Positions 24,811-38,145 of a stretch of 64,000 nucleotides of DNA are shown one piece after another. The position numbers and the translations under genes were made by a program. The notes under the pieces are model-generated. The model saw nothing but the letters and a program-made list of their open reading frames with translations, did no database searches and had not been told where the DNA came from. Origin of the DNA: Mobula hypostoma (lineage: Eukaryota); contig NC_086097.1 in NCBI RefSeq assembly GCF_963921235.1, positions 128,466,001-128,530,000 of the forward strand. Direction: 5' to 3'. Each line of letters starts with the position of its first letter. Within the stretch, counting starts at the first letter, position 1.

Positions 24811-26329
24811 AGCGTTCACTGATATCTTTAACCTCTCACTTCGGCAGTCTGAAGTACCCAAATGCATCAAGCAGACTTCAATTATACCAGTGCCCAAGAA
24901 GAATATGGTAACCTGTTGCAATGACTATCATCCAATCACACTTACATCGACTGTGTGCAATGTGTAATGCCAGCTGAAAGTTACTTCCTCTGTGCTGGTT
25001 GATGATTGGCTGATTCCAGGGATGCTGCGGGTCTTTCTCATTGGCTGCCTTGCGTGACAATACACTGGTGTCTGATTCCAGGTGCCTCACTGGCCTGGAA
25101 TAAGAATAGCCTGTGCAAGAGACTCAGTCTTTTTCCTTTGCCTCCAGGGGCTCATCTTCACACTGAGGTCATGACCAGTGCTGAAGAACCATTGGGAAAG
25201 GGTGCTGCAGATATACGAGAGCTCACATGCACACTTTTAGAACCCTAAAGCTCTCTACCTCCTTCCTGTACTCTGTTATCGATGTGTACAGGATGCATTT
25301 TATTTACCAGCAATGAGCCTTACTCCTAAATGTTGCCTCCTCATCAACTCAATTAGTTTATTCAAGACTTCTAATCTTGCTTGATCTATTTTATTGATTC
25401 CTTTACCGGACATTATACTGAGTTGCTTTGCATCACTTTCCATTTTTTTTGCTCATCTATGTGTATCCTTTACTCTAGTTCCTGAAGGCTTACTAACAAT
25501 CAAAATTGCAAAACTCGGTCAGATGTGGACATTGCTTTGCAAATCTTGTGTATATTTATATATGCCTTTGAGGAGATTGTAATAAGTAGCCCTTCTTGAG
25601 TAGTTACAATTAGTCATGAGTCCAGAAATCTCAGAATTAGTGTGAGTGTTGCAGATTTTCAATAAATGTTTGAGGAAGTCTTTGAGGCTCTGATTATCCA
25701 CCCAGTAATCAGAATTCTGATGCGAGATCATTGGCCTGAAAGGTTAATGCTGTTTTCTCTCTAAACTGATATGCTAAGTATATCCAACACTTTCTGTCTG
25801 CTTCAGATTTTTAGTGTCTGCAGGTGTTTATCCAGACACACGTGATGGATTTCTGCTGCGAACATATTGCCGGGAAAGGTCTCTTAAATATTTTCTGGAG
25901 AGCACATCTTAACTCCGAATCTCTGCCACATGCACAAGCATGTGACCTCTGTCTCACTTGGGAGTTGTTTAAATACCAGCCATCTTGATGGTGTTTAAAA
26001 AATTTTTCAAATTGCATCCTTTCACTTTATTATTATGCTTTCCAGAATATCTGGATTCAAGAGAAACTACTGCAATTTGCGACTGTACCGCAATTTTTCA
26101 TTCAATATCCTTAAAGATGGAAGTGATAAAATACCTCCACAGAATGTGGAGCAACAAACAATCTGCTGTAGGAACTCAGTGTGTCATGCAGTTTCCATCC
26201 TTTTACACAGTTTCAATCTAAAACATCAGCAATTCCATTTCTCCTACAGATACTGTTCCACCTGCTGATTTCCTCGAGAAGATTTCTTGATGCTCCAGAT
26301 TTCAGTACCTGCATCTCTTGCACTTCTAT

Positions 26330-26670
26330 GGAATCGTAAAGAACTGGAACAGGCCCTTGGCCCATCAAGCCCACACTGACCATCAAGAATCCATTTGCAC
26401 TCATTCTACCTAATCCCAATTTATTCTTCCCACTTTGTCATCAACTCCCTGATTTCTACCACTCACCTACCCTCACTACAACAGCCAATTAATCTACCAA
26501 CCCGAACATCTTTGGAATGCGGGAAGAATCTGGAGCACCAAGATGAAACTCTTGCAGTCATAGGGAAAATGTGCAAACTCCACATAGATGGCACCAGGGA
26601 CCACAATTGAATCAGGTTTGTTGGAACTGTGACAAGGCAGCTCTATTAACTGTGCCATTGTGCCATTATC
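26330..26670 (-). mobile_element. V-SINE
   Basis: tctttggaatgcgggaagaatctggagcacc is the reverse complement of the V-domain; the tRNA head lies near 26660. Confidence 0.7.
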
Positions 26671-26694
26671 CCATTGGTTAATTACAAGAATTAA

Positions 26695-26935
26695 GACCAT
26701 AAGACCATAACATATTGGAGCAGAATTAGGCCATTTGGCCCATCGAGTCTGCTCTGCCATTTCATCATGGTTGATCCAATTTTCCTCTCAGTCCAGATCT
26801 CCTGCCTTCTCCCTGTATCCCTCCATGCCCTGACCAATCAAGAATCTATCAACCTCTGCCTTAAATATACATAAGGATTTGGACTCCACAGCTGTTTATG
26901 GGAAAGAATTTCACAGATTCACCACCCTCTAGCTA
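26695..26935 (-). mobile_element. CR1 3' end
   Basis: (GACCATAA)n tail and ggagcagaattaggccatttggcccatcgagtctgctc. Confidence 0.85.
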
Positions 26936-27174
26936 AATTAACTGGCTTAAGAAAGTATTCCTGTCTAAGAACAAGTTGCTTTTGGCTTGTTTTTTTTTTG
27001 CTAAGCACGGATTGACAGATGTTTTTCATTGTATCTGCACCTCAGTGTACTTGTGCACATGACAATCAACTCAGTTTGTCTCGATTTGCATCAACTTTAC
27101 TTGCAAAATTTCTTTCTGTAGGTGTTTCATCCGTTGTTAGTTTCTCAAAGTAAATGATTAACAATTATTAATAG

Positions 27175-27560
27175 GCTGATGTGGTGTTGTAGTTTCATTA
27201 TAGTTCCAGTATCTGGAGGGCTGAATTTATAATCGAGAGGCGTGAGTTCAAGTCCAACTATGGACATTGGGAAATTTTCATTCACGTAATCAAATAATAT
27301 GTATTAGTAATGGTGACCATCTCTAGATTGTTGTGAAAATCGATTTGATTTACTAATGACCTCCAGTGCAGGAAATCTGTGATCACTATCCATCTAGCTT
27401 TTACATGGCTCCAGACCCGATGTAATGTGATTGACTCTTAACTGCCCTTGCAATTGACAAGCTGGTCATTTTAGGGGTAATTGGGGATGAGGTATAAATT
27501 ATGAGATAATTAGGGATGGGGTATAAACTAGTCAAGATACTCACAGCTGTGAATCAATAT
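27175..27560 (+). mobile_element. Old tRNA-derived SINE with a LINE-type tail
   Basis: B-box-like gagttcaagtcc, body gtaatggtgaccat...ggaaatctg...ttgactcttaactgccct, and an agggatggg...taaa tail. Confidence 0.6.
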
Positions 27561-28039
27561 TTGATTGGTTATATAAGCCGAGGAACCATTGGCTTTCTGT
27601 AACTTTTCACATACTTTCCAGGATGTGACCAGTGGACCAGAGATATGGTTGCTTTCATTAAGACTCTCCCAAAACAGGCCTGCTAAAGTTTGGTAAAGCA
27701 TGTGACAACAGACAGTCTCTTCCTAGGCACATGGTTTTGAATCCCAGAATTGTGAAATGGCAATCGGCTGCGATTCAGTCTTGAGACAGCAGGTTGGGAT
27801 TCACATCACTCGACAGTGACCTAAGCACAGAAACTCAACCTAAGTCCAGTTTAGTTGTTGGGGGTGCCAACTCAACTGGAATGAAAGATGCCATGATATT
27901 ATTTCAAAAAGTGGAACAGGATTATCCTGATAGCTAAAGCTCAATCAGCATCATCAGAATTAAATTTTGTAGATTATTTTACCCATGTGGTTGTAGAATG
28001 TTACTGTGTCTCACGATCCTTGCTAGATATTGGGAAGGG

Positions 28040-28365
28040 GTATCAAAAACTGTAAAGAGAAAAACTAAAAGGGACCCAAGCTGCAAATTCTTCATGCCGA
28101 GGGTGGTGCCGATATGGAAGAAGCTGCCGGAGGAAGTGGTTGAGACAGGTACAATGCTAACATTTTGTTCTCCTTACACTCATGAAGAATGACAACAAAC
28201 AATCTCGATCTTGATTCTTGAATCTTGGATCTTTCCAGGTACATGAAATTGAAAGGTTCAGAGGGAATGGACCAAATGCAGATGAATGGGATTATCGTAG
28301 ACGGGATTCTTCGCTAGCATGGACAAGTTGAGTCAAAGAGCTTTTCCATGCTGTATTGCTCTAGA
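28040..28365 (+). mobile_element. CR1 3' fragment
   Basis: FFMPRVVPIWKKLPEEVVE followed by a CR1 3' UTR. Confidence 0.7.
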
Positions 28366-28867
28366 CAAGAGTAACTTCATTTCAAAAGATGTCTATGGCT
28401 GTATATGTCATGAAAGGTACCCAGTAAAGCAAGTCTTTTCTTATTTAGTGTCATTCAGCTGTATAACACCTTCCGTATAATTACAATTGCAAGGATTAGG
28501 AACAAGTCGGCTCCTGATTAGGATGGATTACTATGATATAACAAAATCTGAAACTGAGCCAAACCAAACTGGAATTATTGCTAATAACTTTTAGACAGTT
28601 TGGCATTTATTTTGGATAAGATTTTGACAGAAAGAAAAACAATCTTAAATTACATTATTTGAAAATTTCTATTTTAAAATGGGACTCTGGAATAATGCCA
28701 AAAGCAAGACAAATATTAAATTCCCCACAGAAGAGAAAAACTACAGGAAATATAAAGGGGTGTGGGATTACCTATCTTGAGCTTTTAAACAGCTTGAATG
28801 ATGGTAATGGGTTGAATGGCCTCTTTCCATGAGATATAATCCCTTGAAAAGGAAACATTCAAATGTA

Positions 28868-29348
28868 CAGTAGTGAAGTAAAGTCTTAGGCACATACTAT
28901 ATATATAAAAAAAACAATTTTCATGACATTGTGAGTGATAAAACCAATCCTTATATGGGTCACTACTGTGGACTGAGAATGGGAAGGGGGCAGGGAGAGG
29001 GAAATCATGGCTGCGAAAAGGGGAAGGGAGAGGGAAGGGAGCAGGAAGCACCAGAGAGACATTCTGTAAAGACCAATAAACCATTTGCTTGGAGTCGAAT
29101 AACCTTGCTTGGTGTTTCAAGGGTGGATGTGTCTGCATCCATGCTACATCCCTCCCTGGCGCTCCTTCTCTGCCACCAATCCCACACCCCTCTGCTGCAC
29201 TCTACCCTCACCATTCCCAACACCCTTTGCTCCCACCAGATTTACAGACTTGCTCTCTGCTCCACGTTATCAAATACAGTACTGTGCAAAAGTCTCGGGC
29301 ACCCTAGCTACTGTATATAAACGGGCCTCAGACTTATGCACAGTACTG
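28868..29348. mobile_element. Composite Tc1-type MITE
   Basis: Mini-element TA-cagtactgtgcaaaagtct...agacttatgcacagtactg-TA at 29277-29348, plus a second degenerate left TIR (cagtagtgaagtaaagtcttaggcac) at 28868. Confidence 0.7.
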
Positions 29349-30199
29349 TAGGTTACATTCTTTAGAACAACCAACATGGATTTTTGAGTGTATGAAAAGA
29401 AACACTAACTAGAAAAACAATTAAGAAAATAAGAAACCTATGTTGTGGTTCAATGAGATCAAAGCTGATGTGTTGTTTCAAGCCAACAGCGCACTCTTCA
29501 TATGGACTTTGGTTTCTACAGAGTCTAAGAGTCTACTGAATACAACCGATGATTGAGTGTTTAGAGCCACTGAAGGTTTAATGAGCAGGACCTCTCATTT
29601 GCACTTTCTTAAACAATGACCATTTCTGATCAAAAAAAATTTGAAAAGAAAACTGCAGATGCTGGAAATCCAAAAAACCCCCAGAAAATATAGAAATGCT
29701 ATTTCTGACAAGTGGGCCTGACCTGAAATACTCTTTGTTTCTCTGTCCTAGATCATTCTTGATCTGATGAGAGTTTCCATATTTTCTTCTTTAAAAATTT
29801 TTTAAAGTATAAACCAACTGGCAGACATTGACAAAAAGACTGGGCCATGAAATAAGTAACACCTTCTATGCACTTTTTGGAACTGCACACAACAACTACA
29901 TTAGCCAGGAATTAGCTTTGCAACTATAACTAATTACTGCCTTGAACTGTTAATTCTATTTCTCCCTTGACAGATGCTCCTCGACCTACTGAGTGTTTAC
30001 AGCATTTTCAATACCAGTAACCGTCATCTCAAAAAGAAAATGGGAACAGTAGTTACGACCTGAAATGAAAAACCTTTGATGTTGAATTCAAAGAGTTTTA
30101 AACTGTTGAATCAAATTGAGGTTCTGTTTCTTGAGCAGCTTCTGAATTAGAATGGTACTTTATTACAATTGTGTAGGGAGCTAGTCATAGGAGTGGAGC

Positions 30200-30690
30200 A
30201 CGGAATTAAAATGACTACCTCAATTTGTGGATGCAGCTCAGTCCATCAGAAACACCGGTCTCTCCTCCATGGATTCTATCTACATTCCTTGTTGCTTTTG
30301 AAAAGCAGCCAACATAATCAGAGACCCCACCCACCCCAGACATTCTCACGTCTCTTCCCTGTCATTGGGCAGAAGATACAAAAGCTTGAAAATATGCACC
30401 ATCAGGCTAAAGGATTGTCTCTGTCTCACTATTATAAGACTCTTGAATGGACTTCTTGTACAATAAGGTTGAACTCTTGACTTCAGTTTACCTTGTCATG
30501 GCCCTTACACCTTATTGTCTATCTGCAATTTACTTTCTCTGTAACTAGAACCATAAAACTATGTGCCGCATTCAGTTATGGCTTTTCCTTTGTACTATCT
30601 CAATGTACTTACGTTTTGAAATGATCTGTATGGATGGCTTGCAGAACAAAGTATTTCACTGTATCTTGGTACATGTCAATAAAAAAAACA
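30200..30690 (+). mobile_element. Rex1/Babar 3' fragment
   Basis: aaagcagccaacataatcagagacccc (KAANIIRDP) followed by the 3' UTR ending in gtcaataaa. Confidence 0.75.
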
Positions 30691-30704
30691 ATACCTATAT
30701 GATT

Positions 30705-30955
30705 TTTTTTTGGAGTTACAGCACAGTACCAGACCCTTCTAGCCCAATGAGCCCGCACTGCCCACTTACATTCATGTGACCAATTAAGCTAATGACCCGT
30801 ATGTCTTTAGAACATGGAGGAAACTGGAGCACCCAGAGGAAACCCATGTGGTAATGCAGTGAATGTACAAACCCCTTACAGACAGGGACAGCGATTGAAT
30901 CTAGGTCCCTGGCACCCTAATAGTGTCATACTAACCACTATGCTGTCACGTCACC
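30705..30955 (-). mobile_element. V-SINE
   Basis: ggaggaaactggagcacccagaggaaacccat is the reverse-complement V-domain. Confidence 0.8.
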
Positions 30956-31099
30956 CCATATATGAAGGCACGGGGTGGACACAGAATGAGGCATGAGGTG
31001 TACAGTGCAGAAACAGGCTCCTTGGCCTGTCATACCTATACTGACATTTTCCCACATTACGAGGATTTGAAAAACAAAAGCTAGTATGTTTAAAGGAAA

Positions 31100-31560
31100 A
31101 AGTCAAGGTTGAGCTCGTTGTCATATACACAAATAAATGTATGCTCAGGTGCAATGACAGACTGACATGCAGCAGCATCACAGGCACATGGCAACAGATA
31201 AGCCGCGTTCACAAGCGAAAATATAAACTAAGCAGAAATAATACAAAATATTTACAAGAGAGAACAGAATTAGAATGAAACTAAACAAAAAGTTCATTTT
31301 ATGCAAAGTAGTCAATGTAGTCATGGTGTTGCTATACTGAGGTTGTGATTAATGTTGTGTCAATTGGTTCAAGAATGGTTGAAGGAGAGTGGCTTTTCTT
31401 GACCTTGATAGTGTGGGACTTCAGGCTTCTGCACCTCCTGCCAGATGGTAGCTATGAAAAGAGGACATAGCCCGAATAGTGAGGATCTTTCAAGATGGAT
31501 GAGGCTTTCCTGAGACAGCACTTCTTGTAGATGTTACCCAAGGAGGGGAGGGATGTGCTA
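31100..31560 (-). mobile_element. Rex1/Babar 3' fragment
   Basis: Reverse complement of the Rex C-terminus and 3' UTR. Confidence 0.7.
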
Positions 31561-32379
31561 GAGCAATAAGCATTAGAAATGCAGCACTTTCTCTGTTTAG
31601 TGTGGATTTTCAATGTATCCAAGGAAGGAAAATGGCTGAAGGACCCTTACACGTGAGAAGTGTAATATAAAATGTTAAACATGTGGGGAAATGCAATATC
31701 TCTGGGTTGTCTAGCTATTACAGGATTATAGATGGAAAATTGGATAATGTGGCACCATTATACCATCAAAACGGAGATGATTCAATAAACGATCACACCT
31801 GGAGACCATACTGATATAGGGGATATGTAATTTGTACGTATCTATTCTCTGGTGACTGCATTTTGATGGAGAAATTATTCAGATTTCATCTGGTGTAGCT
31901 TTAGCCATGATTCTCCTTGCTTCAGGGAAGGTTAAGAGAAGAATTAATCAGGATATTCAAAATCTTGATGGATTCTCAAGGAGTAGATCAGCAGTAGCCA
32001 TTTCCAGTGTGGGAAGGGTCAATAATCAGAGAGTATGGAGCAAAAGTAGCCACCTAATGATAATATGGAAGGAAGCGTACTTTGCATAGAGATGAGTGAG
32101 CCTCAGAGGGTGGTGGAAGCAGCGCCATCAATAACCTTCAGAAGTAAATTGGATGAATACTCGAAGGGAAAACATTTACAAAGACAAGGAGTAGGAACAG
32201 AGGAATGTAACCCGCTGTATAGGCATTGCAAAGAACTATTGATTTAATGACCAACCAGGCTGTAAGATTCTAAGGTTTACGCTGATTCACCTCTCCCTTC
32301 CCTGGACACCGAAGAGCAATGAAGGTGAGTAGCCCGCTGAACAATAATTTAAGTAAGTTGTGTCATAGATTAATGACGT

Positions 32380-32995
32380 GGCTGGCACAGTGGTACAGCT
32401 AGCAGAGAAACTGTCTCACAGCACCAGAAAGCCAGCTTCAATATTTATTTATTTATTTGTTGAGCTGCAACGTGGAGTGTGCAATCCCAGCCCTTCAAGC
32501 CCAGCAATCCCCAAGGTTTAATCCTAGTCTAATCACAGGACAATTTACAATGACCAATTGACCTGCCAACCAGTACACCTTTGGACCGTGGGAGGAAACC
32601 CACGCGGTCAGGGGGAGAACGTACAAACTCTTAACATGCAGCAGCCAGGAATTGAACCTAGGCCACGGGCATCGCGGAGCGTTATGCTAATCACCACACT
32701 ACCGTGGCATCCAATCCTGACTCCAGTGGTATCTGTGTGGAATTTACTCATTGCCCTTTGACTGCACGCGTTTCCTCTGGGTGCTTCGGCTTCTGTCCAT
32801 GTGTGCATGTCGGTCGGTTTATTGGCCACTATGTGTAGGTGAGTGGTAGAGTCTTGAAGGTAGTTGACGAGAATGTAGGGAAAAGTAAAAAAAGATAATG
32901 GGATTAATGTAGAATTAGTATTAATGGTTGATGCCCAGCATTGACTTAATGGGCCGAGTGGTCTGCTGCCGTGCTGTACATCTCCATGACTCTAA
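32380..32995 (+). mobile_element. V-SINE with an antisense V-SINE (~32443-32710) nested in its B-box
   Basis: The outer head ends gcttcaat and resumes ccaatcctgactcc. The inner copy has an (ATTT)n end and an inverted V-domain. Confidence 0.75.
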
Positions 32996-34894
32996 TGTTC
33001 AATGAGATATCTGCAAGATTCTTAGGAATGCAGTTTTTTTTAACACTGGAAATATGACTTCCTTTTGCACTATGTATGCTAATTTCATGGATGAGTTTAT
33101 AGAAAGTTTTGTTGTTTAATTTATGTTTATTTTAGTTTTAGTGGTATTTAGAATATCGATCCACAGGACCGTCTTGGAAACAGCATAGCAGCATTTTTTG
33201 CTGGAAGCCGATGAATAAACAGAAGCTGACAATGGCGAGATATGTTTTTATATCGTCATTGATGAACACTAAGGGTAGAAGTAACCAAATTTAAAGGAAG
33301 AGTGAAGGACGCTGCAAAGATCATTGTATAGCGTCTGAGCATGGTGGTTACTACAGTTACCACAAAGACTAACTACACTGAAGGATCATCAAGTATGAAA
33401 AATCATCAAAACATAATTTATCTCCCAAATGGTAACACACATCATCAATGACAGATTTGCAGATGGACTTTACAAGGAGTCCTTAATTCTTGTTTAATTT
33501 GTAAACTGTCTCCAATTGCCCTTGTGGAATGCACACACTTTTGCAAACTGGTGAACTTTCATGCCCGACAGTGTCAATAACTGCATCAAATTGTCTGGTT
33601 TGCTTCTGGCTAAAAGTAATATCCTCCTTTATTGTGAAATTCTTTGAATCGTGGCCACCTAAACTTTCATTCAATTCATAGTATACTGCATCCCCCAAGA
33701 AAGCTTTACTTATATCAAAAATTAATGATGTCATTTTGGCTTCAGCAGGCTCTGACTCCATGTGTGCTGCTTCTTAATTGGCATGCCAGACGAGCTTGGC
33801 GTATTTTTCTTTTGAAGTTATTGAACAGTTGCCCTTAACGTTATACAATCTGACTATTACATTTGCCATCGCATCTTGCAGTTGTCAATGTATTTCCATC
33901 AGCATTTTTCATCTAACTAGTGGTTTTCCTTTTCACTGGGCAGGCATCTAGCAATCTTTATTGTGGATTAAACTGCAGCTTAAGAGGCTTACTAAATACA
34001 TGCTATGGTGTGTAAAGGAAATCACCCTTGAAGGAAACACTTTTATTCGCAATAGAATACTTCACATGTGGCAAAGCTCAGTAAATACATGCTGTTGTCA
34101 TTCATTTATATACTTGGCCAATCCCTTAAATAAAATCTTTGACAATTTACTCTTTGAAAACCAGCAATAAAATAACTAATAGTTGTCAATTTTGCATAAT
34201 CACCACATTTTTCCACAGTGCCAGTGCAGCCGTTGGAGTGTGCAGATGTATTTCTTACACAGACTTTCAATTAAATTCCTTGAAGCTTTGCATTGTGAAG
34301 CACAATGAGCCTATGCATGGCAACACAGTCACACAAAGACTGGATACTCGCAGATCCAATGCAAGCATAATCCTCGGGGATTTACTTCATTTTAAACTGC
34401 AAAAATGACAGAAATGCAGTAAACAAAGATACTCCATTCTGAACCCATTCCATTAATGCACAAGCAATGGGACGAGCCAATTCAAAAATCTACTATTGGT
34501 GCACTGTGCTCTATATGTGTTTACCATATCATTGCTTTCCTCATTTAAAAAACCTATTAAATCAGCAGTAAGGCATGGGGTCTATCGTCATACACAAGAG
34601 CACACAGCACATTGTGAGAGTGTGAACTATCAGCATTACAATATTGTGGACTCCCTCACAGTTTTATTTTCCTGTAAAGGGCAACGATGTTGAAGGGGGC
34701 CATGAGGAGAGGGTTTGTGGATCAATTTGGTAAATAAAGGAAGTGGCACATGACCAAATAGTTTTAAGAAGGATATAAAGCACTTGAGTTTGATGGAGGA
34801 CAGCTTTCAGCCTGAATGTTGAGTGGAAGCCAGATTCCAAAAGCTTTGTTCCTCCGGCTACAGCAGTGATATGGTCATGAGGCACTCAGTCCCA

Positions 34895-35417
34895 ATGCAG
34901 ATGTACTGATGAGAGTATCCCGACTGGTTGTATCGTGGTCTGTTACAGCAATTCAAATGCATGGAAATGTAAGAAGCTGTACAGAATTGTGGACTCAGCC
35001 CAATACAACACAGACATATCCCACCCCACCATCAGTAATATTTCTAGGAGCCGCTGCCTCAGGAAGACAACATCCATAATTCAAAGATCCCCACTATCTG
35101 GGCTATGCCATGGTCTTGCAGGTACATTCAGGCAGGAAATACAGGAGCCTGAAATCCCATGGCACCAGGTTCAAGAAAAGCTATTTTCTTTCAGTCATTC
35201 ATTTCTTGAACCAAACTGCACAGCCCTAATCACTACTTCAATATAGCAACATTGTGACCACGTAAATCACTTTGCACTTCAATAGAATTTATTTTTCTTT
35301 GTTTCTATCCTGCTCATTCTTGTAAAAGTGATGTGCCCTTTACGTTCTTTCTGTGAATGTTGTGTATCCGTTGCTATGTGCCTGAGATGCTTCTGCAACT
35401 ATGTTTTTTAATTGCAC
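34895..35417 (+). mobile_element. Rex1/Babar 3' fragment; its tail resumes at 41476-41512 after the Gypsy insertion
   Basis: Rex C-terminus; attgcacctg is continued by acgtacttgtgcatatgacaataaa after the 3' LTR. Confidence 0.75.
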
Positions 35418-35730
35418 CTGCTGCACAGGAAGGCACCTTCCAGCCTCCACCCAGCTATCAGGAGTAAACTGCCATTCACTTCCAATTCATCACCTGCAGC
35501 CTATTTAAACCCTGCTCTAATCCACAGTCCTTTGTCCACCCACCAAACCAGCCAGCGTCAACCAGTTGCTCCTAGCCTTCAGTTGTCATGTTGTGTTAAG
35601 TATCTGTTCTCTCTTGTTTTATGGCCCCTCTTGGCTTGTTATTTTGTAGTTTATTAGGAAAATATCGCTCACTGCTAAGTCATCTCCGCTGCTCTGCTTT
35701 TGGGTCAAGCTTCCACTACATCTCCTGACA
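35418..35730 (+). repeat. 5' LTR of the Gypsy element (5' end eroded)
   Basis: Shares caaccagttgctcctagccttcag and gttaagtatctg with 41191-41475; ends TGACA. Confidence 0.85.
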
Positions 35731-37654
35731 GGATGCATGAACCAGAAATTGACCCAATAGAGTAGGCTCGCCGAAAGGAATTCATCCATTGACAGGAGCG
35801 CATGATCCTGAAGTAGTAAGAAACCATTGACCATCTGCTCGCCACTCTCCCCCAGCTCCCCGTCTTGATTCAGCAATGCCGCACCAGTCCATCTTCTCCT
35901 TCAGAGCCCCATATTCTGGTGCCCTAATGCTTTGATCGATCCCCAACCCGATGTCACGGCTTTCTGTCCAACTGCATCTTCCACTTCGAGTTCCAGCCGT
36001 CTCTGTATTTTACCAACCCAGCCAAAATCACCTTCGGCATCTCTCTCCTGACTGGGCGAGCTCTGTCCTGGGCCACCGCTAACTGGGACAGTAAGACCAC
36101 CATTTGTAGTGAGCGTCAGGAATTCACCGCTGAGATGCGGCGGGTTTTCGACCATCCAGTAAGCGGGGGGCAGTGGAATGGATACTTCACCTGTGTCAGA
36201 GCTCATGCTCACAGCTGGAATTCAGGACCCCCCCAGCAGAGTGGAGCTGGAAAGTGGAAGTGCTGCAGTCCCATTACCACCACGGCCCCTCAGAGTGCTT
36301 GAGGAACCAGCTGTCTACCACTGACCTTGAAAGCACCATCACTCTGTCTGTCTGAATTGACAAGCATCTTATGGAACAACCCCCCAGATTACCTGCCAGG
36401 ACCCCAGTTCCATTCCCAGAACCACTTCAGGGTGCAGGACCCTCATCATCATTCCCTCCAGAGCCTATGCAGGTAGAGATAGAGTTCTTTTAAACCACCC
36501 CCCCCCAAAAAAAAGGCATGAGCTGAGTTGAAGAAACAATTTGTGCTCCTACTGTGGAGACACCAATCACTCGTGCTTCAAATGCCCACTGCATCCAGCA
36601 AAACAGCACCACCAGGCAGAGACAAGGGGCCTTCCATCTGGTAAGCTCCCCCTGCCCCTTTGTTCCAGCACCATAGCTTGACTCGTTTTCTCTGTCTTCC
36701 TCCACACCACAATGGCTCTATGCACACAGGAGGCTCTGGCGGATTCTGCCACAATAGACAACTTTCCGGACCGGACTCTGTCCATACAGCTCGGACTCCC
36801 TAATGAGCCTATCTCTCGCTCCTTCTGGATCACAGCCCTGGACAGACATCGTTGCAGTCAGGGACAGTCAGAGCGCACACAGGGCCTGTGCACATGATCA
36901 TCGGAAAGCACCACAAGTCCATCCAATTCCTCCTCATCAACTTACCCAACACTCCTCTCATCTTGAGTTAACTCTGGCCCTCCACTCACAACCCTCACTT
37001 TGCCTGGTCATCCAGTTCACTGCTGTGGGGGCCCCACCTGCTGGACTACCTGCCTGCGATCTCAGTTGGCTCACCCTGTAATTCCGTGGAAATGGAGAAA
37101 ACTCTCCTCCTCACCCAACTCCCACAGGAATACCATGACAGCGTCATCACCATCATTAAAAGGGAGGCCAGCACCCTTCGACCACAGACCATACGACTCT
37201 GCAATCAACCTCCTCCCGGGCACTACCTTCTCCTCAAGGTCGTCTGTTCTCTCTCTCCCCTCCTGAGACCCATGAAAGACTACATCGCCAAAGCGCTGTA
37301 GCACAGTTTCATTTGACCATCCCTGCCCCCATCCGGTGCGGCATTCTTCTTTGTCTGAAAGAATTATGGGGTCTCTGTAACTGCATCAACTACAGTGGAC
37401 TCAACAAGATCACAGTTAAGAACTGTTGCCCTCTGCCCTTGATGGTTAATGCATTCGAGATGCTCTGCAGAGCCCAGATTTTCACCAAACTGAATATACG
37501 GAGCTGGTACAAACTAATCTGCACCAGCCAGACGAGTGGAACAGAGCATTCAAAACACCCACTGGTCACTATGAATACCTAGTGATGCCTTTCAGACGTT
37601 CCAACAGCAGTCTAGCCATTTTTCTACCCTTCACCAATGACATCCTCTGAGACA

Positions 37655-38145
37655 TGAGAGAGTTCAAAGGAGGTTCACGAAAATGATTCCAGGATTGAAT
37701 GGCTTATCACATGAAGCGTGTTTGATGGCTCTGGGCCTGTATTCGCTAGAATTCAGAAGAATAAGGTGTGACTTCATTGAAACCTATCAAATGGTGAAAG
37801 GCCTTGATAGGGTGGATGTGGAGAGGATGTTTCCTGTGGTGGGAGAGTCTAAGGCCAGAGGACACAACCTCAGCATAGAAACGTGCCCTTTTAGAATGGA
37901 GATGAGAAAGAATTTCTTTAGCCAGAGGGTGGTGAACCTGTGGAATTCTTTGTCACAGGCAGCTGTGGAGGCCAAGTCTGTATGTATATTTAAAGCAGAG
38001 GTTGATAGATTCTTGATTGGTCAGGGCTTGAAGGGATACAGGGAGAAGGCAGGAGATTGGGGCTGAGAGGAAAATGGGATCAGCCATGATGAAATGGCAG
38101 AGCAGATGCGGTAACCCAATGGCCTAATTCTGCTCCTAGGTCTTA
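37655..38145 (+). mobile_element. CR1 3' fragment inserted in the Gypsy RT
   Basis: MIPGLNGLSHE...LGLYSLEFRR...FFSQRVVNLWNSL. Gypsy pol flanks both sides. Confidence 0.9.

Noticed and set aside
26020..26150. Splice-acceptor-like ttatgctttccag followed by a possible exon
   Set aside because: No recognisable peptide in any frame, only a weak donor, and it runs into a Penelope remnant.
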